NCBI GenBank assembly: GCA_934276735.1
Contig: CAKQTG010000001.1
Location: 224,455-288,454 of the forward strand
From: an uncultured Alphaproteobacteria bacterium
GTDB lineage: Bacteria > Pseudomonadota > Alphaproteobacteria > Rs-D84
Direction: 5' to 3'
DNA length: 64,000 bases
Position numbers and translations under genes: made by a program. Positions 1 through 9,824 of the stretch are shown piece after piece (the stretch's first letter is position 1; the number at the start of each line of letters is the position of its first letter). The notes under the pieces were generated by a model, which ran no database searches, was not told where the DNA came from, and saw only the letters and a program-made list of their open reading frames with translations.

Positions 1-185
1 GCTGAATTTTTATGGGCGCGATTGTGTTGATGTGACTGACAACCACGGAATAATCAAAACCCGGGCAAAGATATAAATTCAGGGTGGCACCGCGCGGATT
101 CCGCGCCCCTGTGAAAATCATTTGGGTGCCGAATTCAATCAATCATTATTTTGGCACCTGGGGAATAAAACAAAAAGGGACCAAA

Positions 186-1955
186 ATGGTATCATTAAAA
201 TCTAAATACAGAACGCACACGTGTGGCGAATTAAATGCGTCCAATGTCGGGCAAACTGTTGTGCTGTCGGGCTGGGTTCATCGCAAGCGTGACCACGGGT
301 CATTGCTGTTTATTGACCTGCGCGATAATTATGGAATTACACAATGCGTGTTTGACGGTGGGGACGAGGCACTGGAACGTGTGCGTCCAGAATCTGTGAT
401 TCAAATTACTGGCACGGTTGTTGCGCGTGACGCGTCTGCGGTAAATGATAAAATTCCAACCGGCGCCATTGAAATTCAGGCCACAAAATGGGACGTGTTG
501 ACCAGTGCAAATGTTTTGCCGTTCCAGGTGTTTGGCGACGATGATACTGTGGCCGAAGATTTGCGTTTAAAATACCGCTATATTGATTTGCGTCGTGAAT
601 CATTGCACCAAAATATTTTGTTCCGCAATCGTATGATTAAATTTATGCGCGACAAAATGTGGGAAATGGGATTTTCTGAATTCCAGACGCCGATTTTGAC
701 CGTATCCAGTCCAGAAGGTGCACGTGACTTTATTGTGCCGTCACGTAATCATCACGGTATGTTCTATGCATTGCCCCAGGCACCGCAACAGTTTAAACAG
801 TTGATTCAGATTTCCGGATTTGACCGCTATTTCCAAATTGCGCCGTGTTTCCGTGACGAAGATTTGCGTGCAGACCGTTTGCTGGAATTTTACCAGTTGG
901 ATATGGAAATGTCGTTTGTTGACCTGCCGGATATCCAGGCTGTGGGTAATGAATTGATGCCGGCGATTATTCGCGAATTCGTCCCAGGTGCAAATGTATG
1001 TCCGGATATTCCGCATATCCCATTTGATGAAGCGATGTTGAAATATGGTTCGGATAAACCGGATTTACGTAACCCTATTATTATTTCAGACGTGACGGAC
1101 ATTTTCCGTGGCTCTGATTTTGGAATTTTTGCAAATGCGATTGAAGGCGGCGCAGTTGTTCGCGCGATTCCGGCACCGAATTCGGCGGATAAATCACGTA
1201 GTTGGTTTGACAAACTAGGTGATTATGCGGTCAAAGAACTGGGATTGGGCGGACTGGGTTATATCGTCTTTGCGGGCGAGGCCAAAGGCCCCGTTGCCAA
1301 GAAACTGGACGCAGATCGGATTGCAAAACTGCATGAAATCGCGGGCGACAACGCATCGTTGTTCTTTGTCTGTGACGTGGCAGATAATGCAGCCAAGGCG
1401 GCGGGCAAATTGCGCAACAAATTGGGCGAAGATTTAGGCTTGATTGACCCGAACGATTTCCGTCTGTGCTGGATAGAAGAATTCCCGTTCTTTGAAGCAG
1501 ACCCAGAATCACCGACAGGAATCGCGTTTACACATAATCCGTTCTCGTTCCCGATGGCGACATTGGACGAATTGAATACACGCGACCCATTGTCAATCAA
1601 GGCAGCTCAGTTTGACATGGTATTAAATGGTGCCGAAATTTGCAGTGGTGGTTTGCGTAACTTTAATCCAGAGATTATGGTTAAATGTTTCGACATTACG
1701 GGATACGACGAAGAAACGGTTAAAGAAAAGTTCGGTGGAATGTATACCGCGTTCCAATACGGTGCGCCACCGCACGGTGGGTGTGCGTTCGGTATTGACC
1801 GATTGGTTCAGATTATGCGTCGCGAACCGAATTTGCGCGAGGTTGTGTTGTTCCCAACCAACCAGCGTGGCCAGGATTTAATGATGGGGTCACCATCGCC
1901 GGTCACAGAACAACAACTGCGCGAAGACCATATCCAGGTTCGCAAGAAAAACTAA
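186..1955 (+). CDS. aspS: aspartate--tRNA ligase (AspRS); ATG at 186 within longer ORF 84..1955
   Basis: Translation MVSLKSKYRTHTCGELNASNVGQTVVLSGWVHRKRDHGSLLFIDLRDNYG matches the bacterial AspRS N-terminal anticodon-binding domain and class II core motifs (FRDEDLRADR, GGCAFGIDRLV). Confidence 0.93.
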   Translation: MVSLKSKYRTHTCGELNASNVGQTVVLSGWVHRKRDHGSLLFIDLRDNYGITQCVFDGGDEALERVRPESVIQITGTVVARDASAVNDKIPTGAIEIQATKWDVLTSANVLPFQVFGDDDTVAEDLRLKYRYIDLRRESLHQNILFRNRMIKFMRDKMWEMGFSEFQTPILTVSSPEGARDFIVPSRNHHGMFYALPQAPQQFKQLIQISGFDRYFQIAPCFRDEDLRADRLLEFYQLDMEMSFVDLPDIQAVGNELMPAIIREFVPGANVCPDIPHIPFDEAMLKYGSDKPDLRNPIIISDVTDIFRGSDFGIFANAIEGGAVVRAIPAPNSADKSRSWFDKLGDYAVKELGLGGLGYIVFAGEAKGPVAKKLDADRIAKLHEIAGDNASLFFVCDVADNAAKAAGKLRNKLGEDLGLIDPNDFRLCWIEEFPFFEADPESPTGIAFTHNPFSFPMATLDELNTRDPLSIKAAQFDMVLNGAEICSGGLRNFNPEIMVKCFDITGYDEETVKEKFGGMYTAFQYGAPPHGGCAFGIDRLVQIMRREPNLREVVLFPTNQRGQDLMMGSPSPVTEQQLREDHIQVRKKN

Positions 1956-1974
1956 ATAATTGTTTGTGTTTATT

Positions 1975-2002
1975 CAGTCCGCGTTTGCGGGCTGATTTTT
2001 TG
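1975..2002 (+). terminator. Rho-independent terminator after aspS
   Basis: Hairpin cagtccgc-gttt-gcgggctg followed by the T-run attttttg. Confidence 0.6.
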
Positions 2003-2003
2003 T

Positions 2004-2444
2004 ATGAAATCAAACCTATTAAAATCTGTGGTTCAGACATGTATAATCCTTTCACAGGAACGGTGGGAAAAAATGCAGGCGGATATAGATAAACTGGTCG
2101 CAACATTGAATTTAACGGAATACCAGGCGCACGTCTTGCGTACGCGACGTCATCAATATGATATGACTGGATTGGTAAAACGGGGCGGGGTTTTGTATGT
2201 GCCACGCAGCGCGTCTGATGGGCCAGGTATTGTCCATTATGTTCGCCGCATATTATTCGGGCGACGTGCTGATTTGATTGGGCGCGATAAAATCTTGTTA
2301 CAAGCGGTGCGTCGCATAAAATTTATGGCCGATGGATTGCACTGCGTTCGGGTTGGACAATATCAATACTGGGCTGATAAAAATGGACAATCGGTTTCTG
2401 CTGAATATGTTCGGCGTCATTTGACCCAGAAAAATCGACACTAA
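2004..2444 (+). CDS. hypothetical protein (146 aa), questionable
   Basis: Open frame with a basic, Arg-rich globular-looking product. It starts directly after the aspS terminator and overlaps the convergent asmA stop by 4 nt. No recognisable family. Confidence 0.3.
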   Translation: MKSNLLKSVVQTCIILSQERWEKMQADIDKLVATLNLTEYQAHVLRTRRHQYDMTGLVKRGGVLYVPRSASDGPGIVHYVRRILFGRRADLIGRDKILLQAVRRIKFMADGLHCVRVGQYQYWADKNGQSVSAEYVRRHLTQKNRH

Positions 2445-4915
2445 AATTTATCGTGTGTTTTTATAAATTGGCGCATAAAACTGGAATCGAAATTTGTCAT
2501 AATTTCAGTCAATGAATAATTACGTGTGCCGTCTGGCGATATAGTCAGGCGAACGGGTGCAGGGGTTGGCGCCGTTCCCCGCATTGTCATATTTAACATG
2601 ACAGTCATATGCGCGTTTTCAATATCAAATTCACCATACGCATCAACGTGGCGCATTTGCAACGTAAATGGTTGCGCAGTTATAAAATTACCATTGGTGT
2701 ATTTACCAACAATACGCATTTTCTTTATTGCGGTTTCGCCACCGGTCAATGCGTCGGCTAATGCATATTCGGCATTAAAGGTGTTTATCTGGTCTGCGGA
2801 CGCATAGAATTCATCAAACCCTAATCCAATAATATATCCGCCGTAAAACGACAAATCCATGTCTCCGTCCAGGTTATACCATATATCGTGTGCGATGTGA
2901 CCATTGGTCTGTAATGAAATTTCAGCTGTAATCATTGTGTCACGGATATTCAGTGGCATTATGCGTGATAACAGATATCCATTGATTACAAATTTATTTA
3001 ATTGAATATCGATGTCGTATTTTGATGCGTCCTTGCGCAATGTGGCCAACAGATTTCCACGTGCCGCGTCTGTGATAGAAAATGTCTGGGTATTAGATTT
3101 CAGGGCGTATATAAAATTCTTGTATTCATTACCGTTGTAAATCAGTGTGTCTGCGGTCAAAGAAATATCAACCGGTAATTCAAATGGCAATGTTATTGGT
3201 GCGGCTGTCAGAAATTCTAATTCATCATAATTATCAATATAATTCTGGTTCGCAAATGCGTCGGCGTTTAATAATGCAGTGCGCAGGGTAACATTGCGGC
3301 CACTGAGGCTGCCACTAAATTTTTGGGTGCCGATTGTGACGTCCATATTTGATATGTTGCGGCCGCTGTATGTGCCGGATACTGTATATGGCGCGTTGTT
3401 CAATGATTGCAGGTCAACATTCGGTATTACGTCCTTGAAATTATCGCCAGAGAGCAGAAATGTTTTATCCGTCATAGATATTTTCCATTTCGCACCACGT
3501 GGTATGAACGCCATCGCACCGTCAGACCATTTCATGTCGCCTGTGGTATTCAGCATAAAATCAGGCAAGAATTTAAAGTCTGGCACCGCCCAACGCAATG
3601 TTTGATTACGCGCAAATGAATATGAAGCATTGACAGATTTTGGTGTTATGTTAAATACGCCGGCAATGTCATTGAATTGAAATTCCAGTTTTCCGTTTTT
3701 GCCCAGACGTCGCACCGCGCGGACTAATTTGTCAGCGTTTGGCATTTTGCCTGGTGCGCGAATTGATGCGTTAAATGTCCCGTTATCTACTGACAATGTT
3801 CCGGAAATATCGCCATATGAAAACTTTGAGCATTGCCATTTTTCCGGTGTGCCAGAAAATAAGCACATTGTCTGGATTCCGTCCACAGGCATTGTTACCA
3901 GAACATTATATGCGCCACTTGCATCAATTGTGCCACCTGTGACTGCAACATCATCAGCAATAATGTTTGATATTTGAACCAGTTTTTTATCGCCAATCGC
4001 ATTTATTTTCAGATGTTGGAATTCGTGCCCGGCAAGTTTTAATTTTCCGTGTAAGTCTAAATTAAATGTTGTGCGATAAAATATATTTGATGGGTTAGTT
4101 AAAAATGTAAAATCATAATCCAGGTCATTGGCCGTCAAATTGATTTCACGTGCACCATCAGGCAAAATTTTTATATCACCAGAAAAGTGGTCTGATTTTA
4201 TATCGGTAAATTCAAAACCGTATTCGCCGTCCCATGCGAAATTCATACTCAATTTTACAGGCACGTCAATACGTGGGTATGAGAATTCAAACCACTTGTT
4301 TATGTTTGGTGTGTCTATGTCCAGATGGCCACGCGCCGTTCCGTCTGAAAATAACATACCCGTAATTTCCAGTTTGTTATTATGATTTTTTATTACAAAT
4401 TCGTCGTCTAAAAATTCAAAATCATATTTGTGATCATTTGTGCGGACAGTTCCCGTCAGACCACCATTGGTCAAACGTGCACGCACAATATCATAATCCT
4501 TGTCATGAAACGTCACGACGGAATTATATATATCAACGGCGTTGTTAAAATCGGGGGCCGCTAACGATTCTATATTCAGTTTTGCGCCATGAATCCCAAT
4601 TCGCCCCTGTAATGACGCATTGTCTAAGTTAAATATGTCTGTTATTGGCACAGAAAACATAACCGCGTCAATATGCCCCATTGGAATACTGACGTTATGT
4701 GCAACAATCGTTGCGCGCCCCAGCAGGCTGAAATGAATATTGCCGTCAATTTGGGCGGTGATGCCAGTTTGTTGGTATATTGCCTGGGCAATCTTTGGGC
4801 GCATGTTGTTTATCGTTATCATTGGCGGAACAATGACCAACGCCAATGCCCCAGCCGTTGTGATAAATACAGCTGTCCATAAAATTCTGCGTTTATATCT
4901 GGGTTTTAATGCCAT
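2441..4915 (-). CDS. AsmA-family outer-membrane assembly protein (824 aa)
   Basis: N-terminal basic segment plus TM helix (KRRILWTAVFITTAGALALVIV), then a long beta-rich periplasmic region typical of AsmA/TamB-like proteins. Confidence 0.7.
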   Translation of the reverse strand: MALKPRYKRRILWTAVFITTAGALALVIVPPMITINNMRPKIAQAIYQQTGITAQIDGNIHFSLLGRATIVAHNVSIPMGHIDAVMFSVPITDIFNLDNASLQGRIGIHGAKLNIESLAAPDFNNAVDIYNSVVTFHDKDYDIVRARLTNGGLTGTVRTNDHKYDFEFLDDEFVIKNHNNKLEITGMLFSDGTARGHLDIDTPNINKWFEFSYPRIDVPVKLSMNFAWDGEYGFEFTDIKSDHFSGDIKILPDGAREINLTANDLDYDFTFLTNPSNIFYRTTFNLDLHGKLKLAGHEFQHLKINAIGDKKLVQISNIIADDVAVTGGTIDASGAYNVLVTMPVDGIQTMCLFSGTPEKWQCSKFSYGDISGTLSVDNGTFNASIRAPGKMPNADKLVRAVRRLGKNGKLEFQFNDIAGVFNITPKSVNASYSFARNQTLRWAVPDFKFLPDFMLNTTGDMKWSDGAMAFIPRGAKWKISMTDKTFLLSGDNFKDVIPNVDLQSLNNAPYTVSGTYSGRNISNMDVTIGTQKFSGSLSGRNVTLRTALLNADAFANQNYIDNYDELEFLTAAPITLPFELPVDISLTADTLIYNGNEYKNFIYALKSNTQTFSITDAARGNLLATLRKDASKYDIDIQLNKFVINGYLLSRIMPLNIRDTMITAEISLQTNGHIAHDIWYNLDGDMDLSFYGGYIIGLGFDEFYASADQINTFNAEYALADALTGGETAIKKMRIVGKYTNGNFITAQPFTLQMRHVDAYGEFDIENAHMTVMLNMTMRGTAPTPAPVRLTISPDGTRNYSLTEIMTNFDSSFMRQFIKTHDKF

Positions 4916-4961
4916 TTCTCTCTGCCCTTGTAATTTGATTATAATGGATTAGAATAATAGT

Positions 4962-6956
4962 GTGAACAAAAAAAGTATATTTTCACTGGAAAGCAATTAT
5001 GCCCCCATGGGGGACCAGCCCGCGGCTATATCTGAATTGGTGGCCGGTGTTCGTGATGGGCGACGTTCCCAGGTATTGCTGGGGGTGACGGGTTCTGGCA
5101 AAACGTTCACGATGGCAAATGTTATCGCAGAATTGTCGCGACCGGCGTTGATTATGGCACCGAATAAAATCTTGGCGGCGCAATTGTATACAGAAATGAA
5201 ATCATTTTTTCCGCACAATCACGTTGAATACTTTGTGTCGTATTATGATTATTACCAGCCAGAGGCATATATGCCAACTACCGATACATATATTGACAAG
5301 GATGCGTCTATCAATGAACAATTGGACCGTATGCGGCACAGTGCGACGCGTGCTATGCTGGAAGAACGCGATGTTATTGTTGTATCGTCTGTATCGTCAA
5401 TTTATGGTATGGGGTCACCAGAACAGTATTCTGGTATGAAACTGGTCTTGCGCACAGGTGACAAGATAGGCCAATCGGACGTCATGCGTGCCTTGGTGGA
5501 TATTCAATATAAACGTAATGACATGGCGTTTGAACGTGGTAATTTTCGCGTCCGTGGCGATACGTTGGACGTGTTTCCGTCGCATTCTCAAGACCGTGCA
5601 TGGAAACTGTCGTTTTGGGGCGATGAAATCGAAGAGATTTGGGAATTTGATACACTGACAGGTGCAAAGTTGCATAAACTGGACAGAATTGCGATTTATC
5701 CAAATACGCATTATGCAACACCTATGCCCAGCGTGTTACAGGCAATCACTCAAATCAGGACAGATTTAGAAGAACGTCTGAAATATTTTCATGAAAATAT
5801 GAAGTATATAGAAGAACAGCGGCTGCGCGAAAGGGTGAATTTTGACATTGAAATGATGGAATCAACCGGGACGTGTCGTGGAATTGAAAACTATTCGCGT
5901 TACTTATCTGGGCGTGCGCCTGGTATGCCGCCACCAACACTGTTTGAATATCTGCCACGTGATGCCGTTTTATTTATTGACGAAAGTCACGTTACTGTGC
6001 CACAGATTTCGGCGATGTCACGTGGTGACCGCGCACGCAAAGAAACGTTGTCACAGTATGGTTTCCGGCTGCCGGCATGTATTGATAACCGGCCGTTGAC
6101 ATTTGACGAGTGGGACGTGTTGCGGCCGCAAACGATATTTGTTTCGGCGACGCCAGCCGAATGGGAATTAAACCAATCTGGTGGCATCGTGGCCGAGCAG
6201 GTTATTCGTCCAACGGGACTGCTTGATCCAGTCTGTGATGTGCGCCCGACGGCAAACCAGGTTGATGATTTATTGGACCAGATAAAGAAAACATCGGGGC
6301 GTGTGTTGGTCACAACACTGACCAAGAAAATGGCCGAACAATTGACCGATTACCTGAATGAAAATGGCGTGCGGGCCAAATATCTGCACAGCGATATTGA
6401 GACACTGGAACGTATTGAATTGTTGCGTGATTTGCGATTGGGTAAATATGATGTCTTGGTTGGTATCAATTTGTTGCGCGAAGGGTTGGACGTGCCAGAA
6501 TGTGAGTTGGTTGCGATTATGGATGCGGATAAAGAGGGTTTCTTGCGTTCAACGCGTTCACTGATTCAGACAATTGGTCGTGCGGCGCGTAATGCAAATG
6601 GTCGTGTGATTCTGTATGCTGATAAAATTACGGATTCAATGAATGCGGCGTTGACCGAAACGGCGCGTCGTCGGGAAAAGCAGATGGCATATAACACCGC
6701 ACATGGCATTACACCAACTACTGTGTCCAAGGCTATATTTGCCCAGGTTGGCGACAAGACTGACAAAACAGACAAGGCGCGTCGGTTTGTATATGATAAA
6801 TCGGGCGGCGTTATGGATGCAGACAGTATTCGCAAACAGATAAAAGATTTGAACAAGAAAATGCGCACGGCGGCAGAAAATCTGGAATTTGAAGATGCGG
6901 CTGAATTGCGTGATGCAATCCATAAACTGGAAGATGATTTGTTATTAGTGGAGTAA
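4962..6956 (+). CDS. uvrB: excinuclease ABC subunit B (UvrB); GTG start
   Basis: Walker [10 protein letters not shown], helicase motifs, C-terminal UvrB/UvrC interaction helix ([18 protein letters not shown]). Confidence 0.95.
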   Translation: MNKKSIFSLESNYAPMGDQPAAISELVAGVRDGRRSQVLLGVTGSGKTFTMANVIAELSRPALIMAPNKILAAQLYTEMKSFFPHNHVEYFVSYYDYYQPEAYMPTTDTYIDKDASINEQLDRMRHSATRAMLEERDVIVVSSVSSIYGMGSPEQYSGMKLVLRTGDKIGQSDVMRALVDIQYKRNDMAFERGNFRVRGDTLDVFPSHSQDRAWKLSFWGDEIEEIWEFDTLTGAKLHKLDRIAIYPNTHYATPMPSVLQAITQIRTDLEERLKYFHENMKYIEEQRLRERVNFDIEMMESTGTCRGIENYSRYLSGRAPGMPPPTLFEYLPRDAVLFIDESHVTVPQISAMSRGDRARKETLSQYGFRLPACIDNRPLTFDEWDVLRPQTIFVSATPAEWELNQSGGIVAEQVIRPTGLLDPVCDVRPTANQVDDLLDQIKKTSGRVLVTTLTKKMAEQLTDYLNENGVRAKYLHSDIETLERIELLRDLRLGKYDVLVGINLLREGLDVPECELVAIMDADKEGFLRSTRSLIQTIGRAARNANGRVILYADKITDSMNAALTETARRREKQMAYNTAHGITPTTVSKAIFAQVGDKTDKTDKARRFVYDKSGGVMDADSIRKQIKDLNKKMRTAAENLEFEDAAELRDAIHKLEDDLLLVE

Positions 6957-6958
6957 GT

Positions 6959-7459
6959 GTGAATAAAAAAATATTAAAAGAAAAGACCACCCCGGCCGTT
7001 GGCCACCCCTCCACCGGAGGGGAACTTGCTGTGTTCCCGTCGCGGACCAAGTTCTCCTCCTGTGGAGGAGTACCTGCAGGGGGAGGTGGTCTTGCTAGCA
7101 AGTCTGTTGTTTCATTTAATTTGCCGTATAACAAAAAGTTAGTTCAGCGTGCCAAGGATTTACGAAAATCTGGCAGTCTGCCCGAAGCGTTGTTATGGCG
7201 TGAAATTAAATCAAAGAAAATAAATGGTCTGGATTTTGACCGGCAAAAAGTTATCGGGAATTACATCGTTGATTTCTTTTGTGCAAAAATAAAAACAGTC
7301 ATAGAAATTGATGACAAGACGCACGAGTTAAAAGAGCGACATGATACCATACGAAATAAATATTTACAGGATTTGGGACTGAGAATAATTCATATACCTG
7401 CAAAAGATGTGTTGAAAAATCCATCATCTGTGGCAGAATTGCTGATAGGTATTTTATAG
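6959..7459 (+). CDS. DUF559 endonuclease-domain protein (Vsr-like fold); true start uncertain, possibly downstream of the palindromic element
   Basis: C-terminal 110 aa (LVQRAKDLRKSGSLPEALLWREIK...GNYIVDFFCAKIKTVIEIDDKTHE) matches the DUF559 pattern. The N-terminal 45 aa are Gly/Pro-rich low complexity encoded by a GC-rich palindromic element. Confidence 0.6.
   Translation: MNKKILKEKTTPAVGHPSTGGELAVFPSRTKFSSCGGVPAGGGGLASKSVVSFNLPYNKKLVQRAKDLRKSGSLPEALLWREIKSKKINGLDFDRQKVIGNYIVDFFCAKIKTVIEIDDKTHELKERHDTIRNKYLQDLGLRIIHIPAKDVLKNPSSVAELLIGIL
7001..7102. repeat. GC-rich nest of palindromes/hairpins (RPE/REP-like element)
   Basis: Hairpins cccctcc-acc-ggagggg (7006-7022), ggaac/gttcc (7021-7037) and ctcctcc-tgt-ggaggag (7054-7070). 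Also the 8-bp palindrome cctgcagg (7073-7080) and the 12-bp perfect palindrome cttgctagcaag (7091-7102). ggaacttg (7021-7028) is complementary to caagttcc (7048-7055). Confidence 0.55.
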
Positions 7460-7468
7460 GTAAAATAA

Positions 7469-7867
7469 ATGAAAGAATATTTGTTGAACAGTGTGGAAGA
7501 AACGCGCGACTGGGCGCGGGAATTTGCGAAAACCTTGCGTGCGCCGGTATGTGTGGCGTTGCACGGCGACCTGGGAATGGGCAAGAGTGAGATTGCCCGC
7601 ACAATAATTCAGACCCTGCGTGGGGCGGATACTGTTGTGCCCAGTCCGACATTTACCATTGTGCAAAACTATGATGGAATATCACACTTTGACCTGTATC
7701 GCATAAATGATGCGTCAGAATTGGTGGAAATTGGGTTGCCATATGCAATTGCAAATGATATTACGTTGATAGAATGGCCCGATGTCGCAACGGATGTTTT
7801 GCCAACGGATACAATTCATATTTATCTGACAGAATACGGGGCAGGGCGCAGATTGGTTATAAAATAG
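7469..7867 (+). CDS. tsaE: tRNA threonylcarbamoyladenosine biosynthesis ATPase TsaE
   Basis: P-loop ALHGDLGMGKSEIARTI and overall YjeE/TsaE pattern, 132 aa. Confidence 0.85.
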   Translation: MKEYLLNSVEETRDWAREFAKTLRAPVCVALHGDLGMGKSEIARTIIQTLRGADTVVPSPTFTIVQNYDGISHFDLYRINDASELVEIGLPYAIANDITLIEWPDVATDVLPTDTIHIYLTEYGAGRRLVIK

Positions 7868-8023
7868 GAAATGTCGCCTATGGTAATCGTAGACATGGCG
7901 CGTAATAATAAAAATGCGTATGGAAACATTCGCACAAGAGCACACGCGCGGACTTTTGCATAAAGGTCCCGAACCACATCCCTAAGAAAGTGGATTCGTC
8001 AAGAATTCATGAAACGCGGTGTT

Positions 8024-8052
8024 CAAAAAACGGGGCGTTTGCCCCGTTTTTA
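8024..8052. terminator. bidirectional Rho-independent terminator (tsaE / ftsA-rpe convergent)
   Basis: aaaaaacggggc-gttt-gccccgttttt. The stop codon of the minus-strand gene lies in the T-run. Confidence 0.7.
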
Positions 8053-9819
8053 TCGCTTTAATAAACTCTGAACTGCCAGGGGAAAATCCGGACTGCGTGC
8101 CAAATATGAGCCGCTGACCAATAAATCTGCGCCGGCGTCCCAGCACATTTGTGCTGTTTTATCATTTATTCCACCATCTACTGAAATTATAAATTTCAGT
8201 CCGTATTTTTTACGTGTTGCGGCCAAAACAGAAATCTTTTTCAGGCAATCTGTTTGGAATTCTTGGCCGGCGGCACCTGGGGCGACGGTCATAACCATAA
8301 CTTCGTCCACATCACGCAGAATTGGCTTTAATATCGCAGGTGATGATTCTGGGTTCAGGGCAACGCCTGCACGACGCCCTGCCGCGTGAACGCTGGCAAT
8401 AGCCGCACGCAGACCAGACGTATTTGTTGACATGATAACCGTGTCGGCACCGGCGGCAACACTGTCGGTGGCCCAGACGGACGGACTCTCGGTCATCAGG
8501 TGTACGTGCAGGTGTGCGTCAGTGTGGGCACGTATCATCTTTAATTCTGGAATACCACCCGCCACGCGGTCAACATAGAATCCGTCCATAATATCAACGT
8601 GTATCATTGATATTCCGCCCGCACGAAACATTGAATATGTTGATGCACGACGCATATTAAAACACAGTGTGCTGGGCATAATTGGAATAAAACGACGGCG
8701 GTGTGCTGGGCGTTTGCGGAACAGTTTTGTTATAAAAGCAATGCGACGCTGTATACGATCACGACGCGCCAGGTACGCGCCACGATGAGTCGCCTCGGCA
8801 TTCCAGACGTGCGCACATGCCGCCCGAACAATTGCGTCATTGGAAATATATTCGGTCGGAATTGAAAATGTGTTTTCAATGAACTCGGTCGCCCCCTCGG
8901 CCAGTGCGCCACCACCGGTCAATATAATCTTGGTTGGGCGATATTTGATAATCGCGTCATGAGCCGCAGTCGTTATTTCGGCGGTAATATCAACGCATGC
9001 TGGCATAAATATATCGATGACATCGCCACGTGAAAATTCGTATGCGGTATCGGCGGGGGTAAATCTATCCATTTCTTTGGGGATAAAACTGGCTACTGCA
9101 CGCTTTATCCGTTCAGCGTCATCAAAACCTATGTGCAATTTTGCAGAAATGTCGTTTGTTATTTTTGTTCCACCCAGTGGAATTTTATAGTGCCAGACTG
9201 GGCCACGGTCGGTCCAAATGGACGCTGATGAAAATTCCCCGCCCAGGTCAATGAACATGACTGTTTGTTTCTTTTGTCGCAATGTTGTATTCAGTAAAAA
9301 TTGCGGGTCATAAAATGCACAGGGTGTGATATGGGCGCGACGCAGAAAACCCAATACTTCGTTCAATCGCGATTTCGTATAAAATATTGCGCCAAACGCC
9401 GATATCAGCTGTCGGTCGGTATAGCCAATTGGACTAATCATATTGCGTGCGGTTGGCGTATCGTATCGCAGTGGCACGATATGCATTGGAAAGTATCCGT
9501 CAGGCGCGTTTATCTGGGCAATCTGGGCACGGACATCGGCAGTTGTGATTTTGTGTTCGCCGCCCCAAGCGGTGCTTTTTGCAGTCATTTCAAAAATAGA
9601 CGTGCCAAAATTCCCCGTGATATATGCGGTGTCAAAACTGGTTCCGATTTGATGTTCCAGATCGTCAATTACATACCGCAGTGCAAACACGGTATCAAAA
9701 CAATCCGATGTTGAAATTGCAGATTTTACAATCTTGGCCCCACGGACACGGTGTGCCATTCCGCGCACACCGGTCGATCCAATGTCCAGACATAAAAAAG
9801 CCGAATCAAACAGGTTCAT
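8050..9819 (-). CDS. ftsA: FtsA (actin-like cell-division ATPase) fused in frame to ribulose-phosphate 3-epimerase (Rpe); single 589-aa ORF
   Basis: N-terminal ~370 aa carry the FtsA motifs LCLDIGSTGVRG, FIDLGGEFSSASIW and ILTGGGALAEG, plus a C-terminal amphipathic segment IAFITKLFRKRPAHRRRF. Translation continues without a stop into a complete Rpe barrel (HVDIMDGFYV ... ISVDGGINDKT ... LLVSGSYL). Confidence 0.7.
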   Translation of the reverse strand: MNLFDSAFLCLDIGSTGVRGMAHRVRGAKIVKSAISTSDCFDTVFALRYVIDDLEHQIGTSFDTAYITGNFGTSIFEMTAKSTAWGGEHKITTADVRAQIAQINAPDGYFPMHIVPLRYDTPTARNMISPIGYTDRQLISAFGAIFYTKSRLNEVLGFLRRAHITPCAFYDPQFLLNTTLRQKKQTVMFIDLGGEFSSASIWTDRGPVWHYKIPLGGTKITNDISAKLHIGFDDAERIKRAVASFIPKEMDRFTPADTAYEFSRGDVIDIFMPACVDITAEITTAAHDAIIKYRPTKIILTGGGALAEGATEFIENTFSIPTEYISNDAIVRAACAHVWNAEATHRGAYLARRDRIQRRIAFITKLFRKRPAHRRRFIPIMPSTLCFNMRRASTYSMFRAGGISMIHVDIMDGFYVDRVAGGIPELKMIRAHTDAHLHVHLMTESPSVWATDSVAAGADTVIMSTNTSGLRAAIASVHAAGRRAGVALNPESSPAILKPILRDVDEVMVMTVAPGAAGQEFQTDCLKKISVLAATRKKYGLKFIISVDGGINDKTAQMCWDAGADLLVSGSYLARSPDFPLAVQSLLKR

Positions 9820-9824
9820 TTCGT

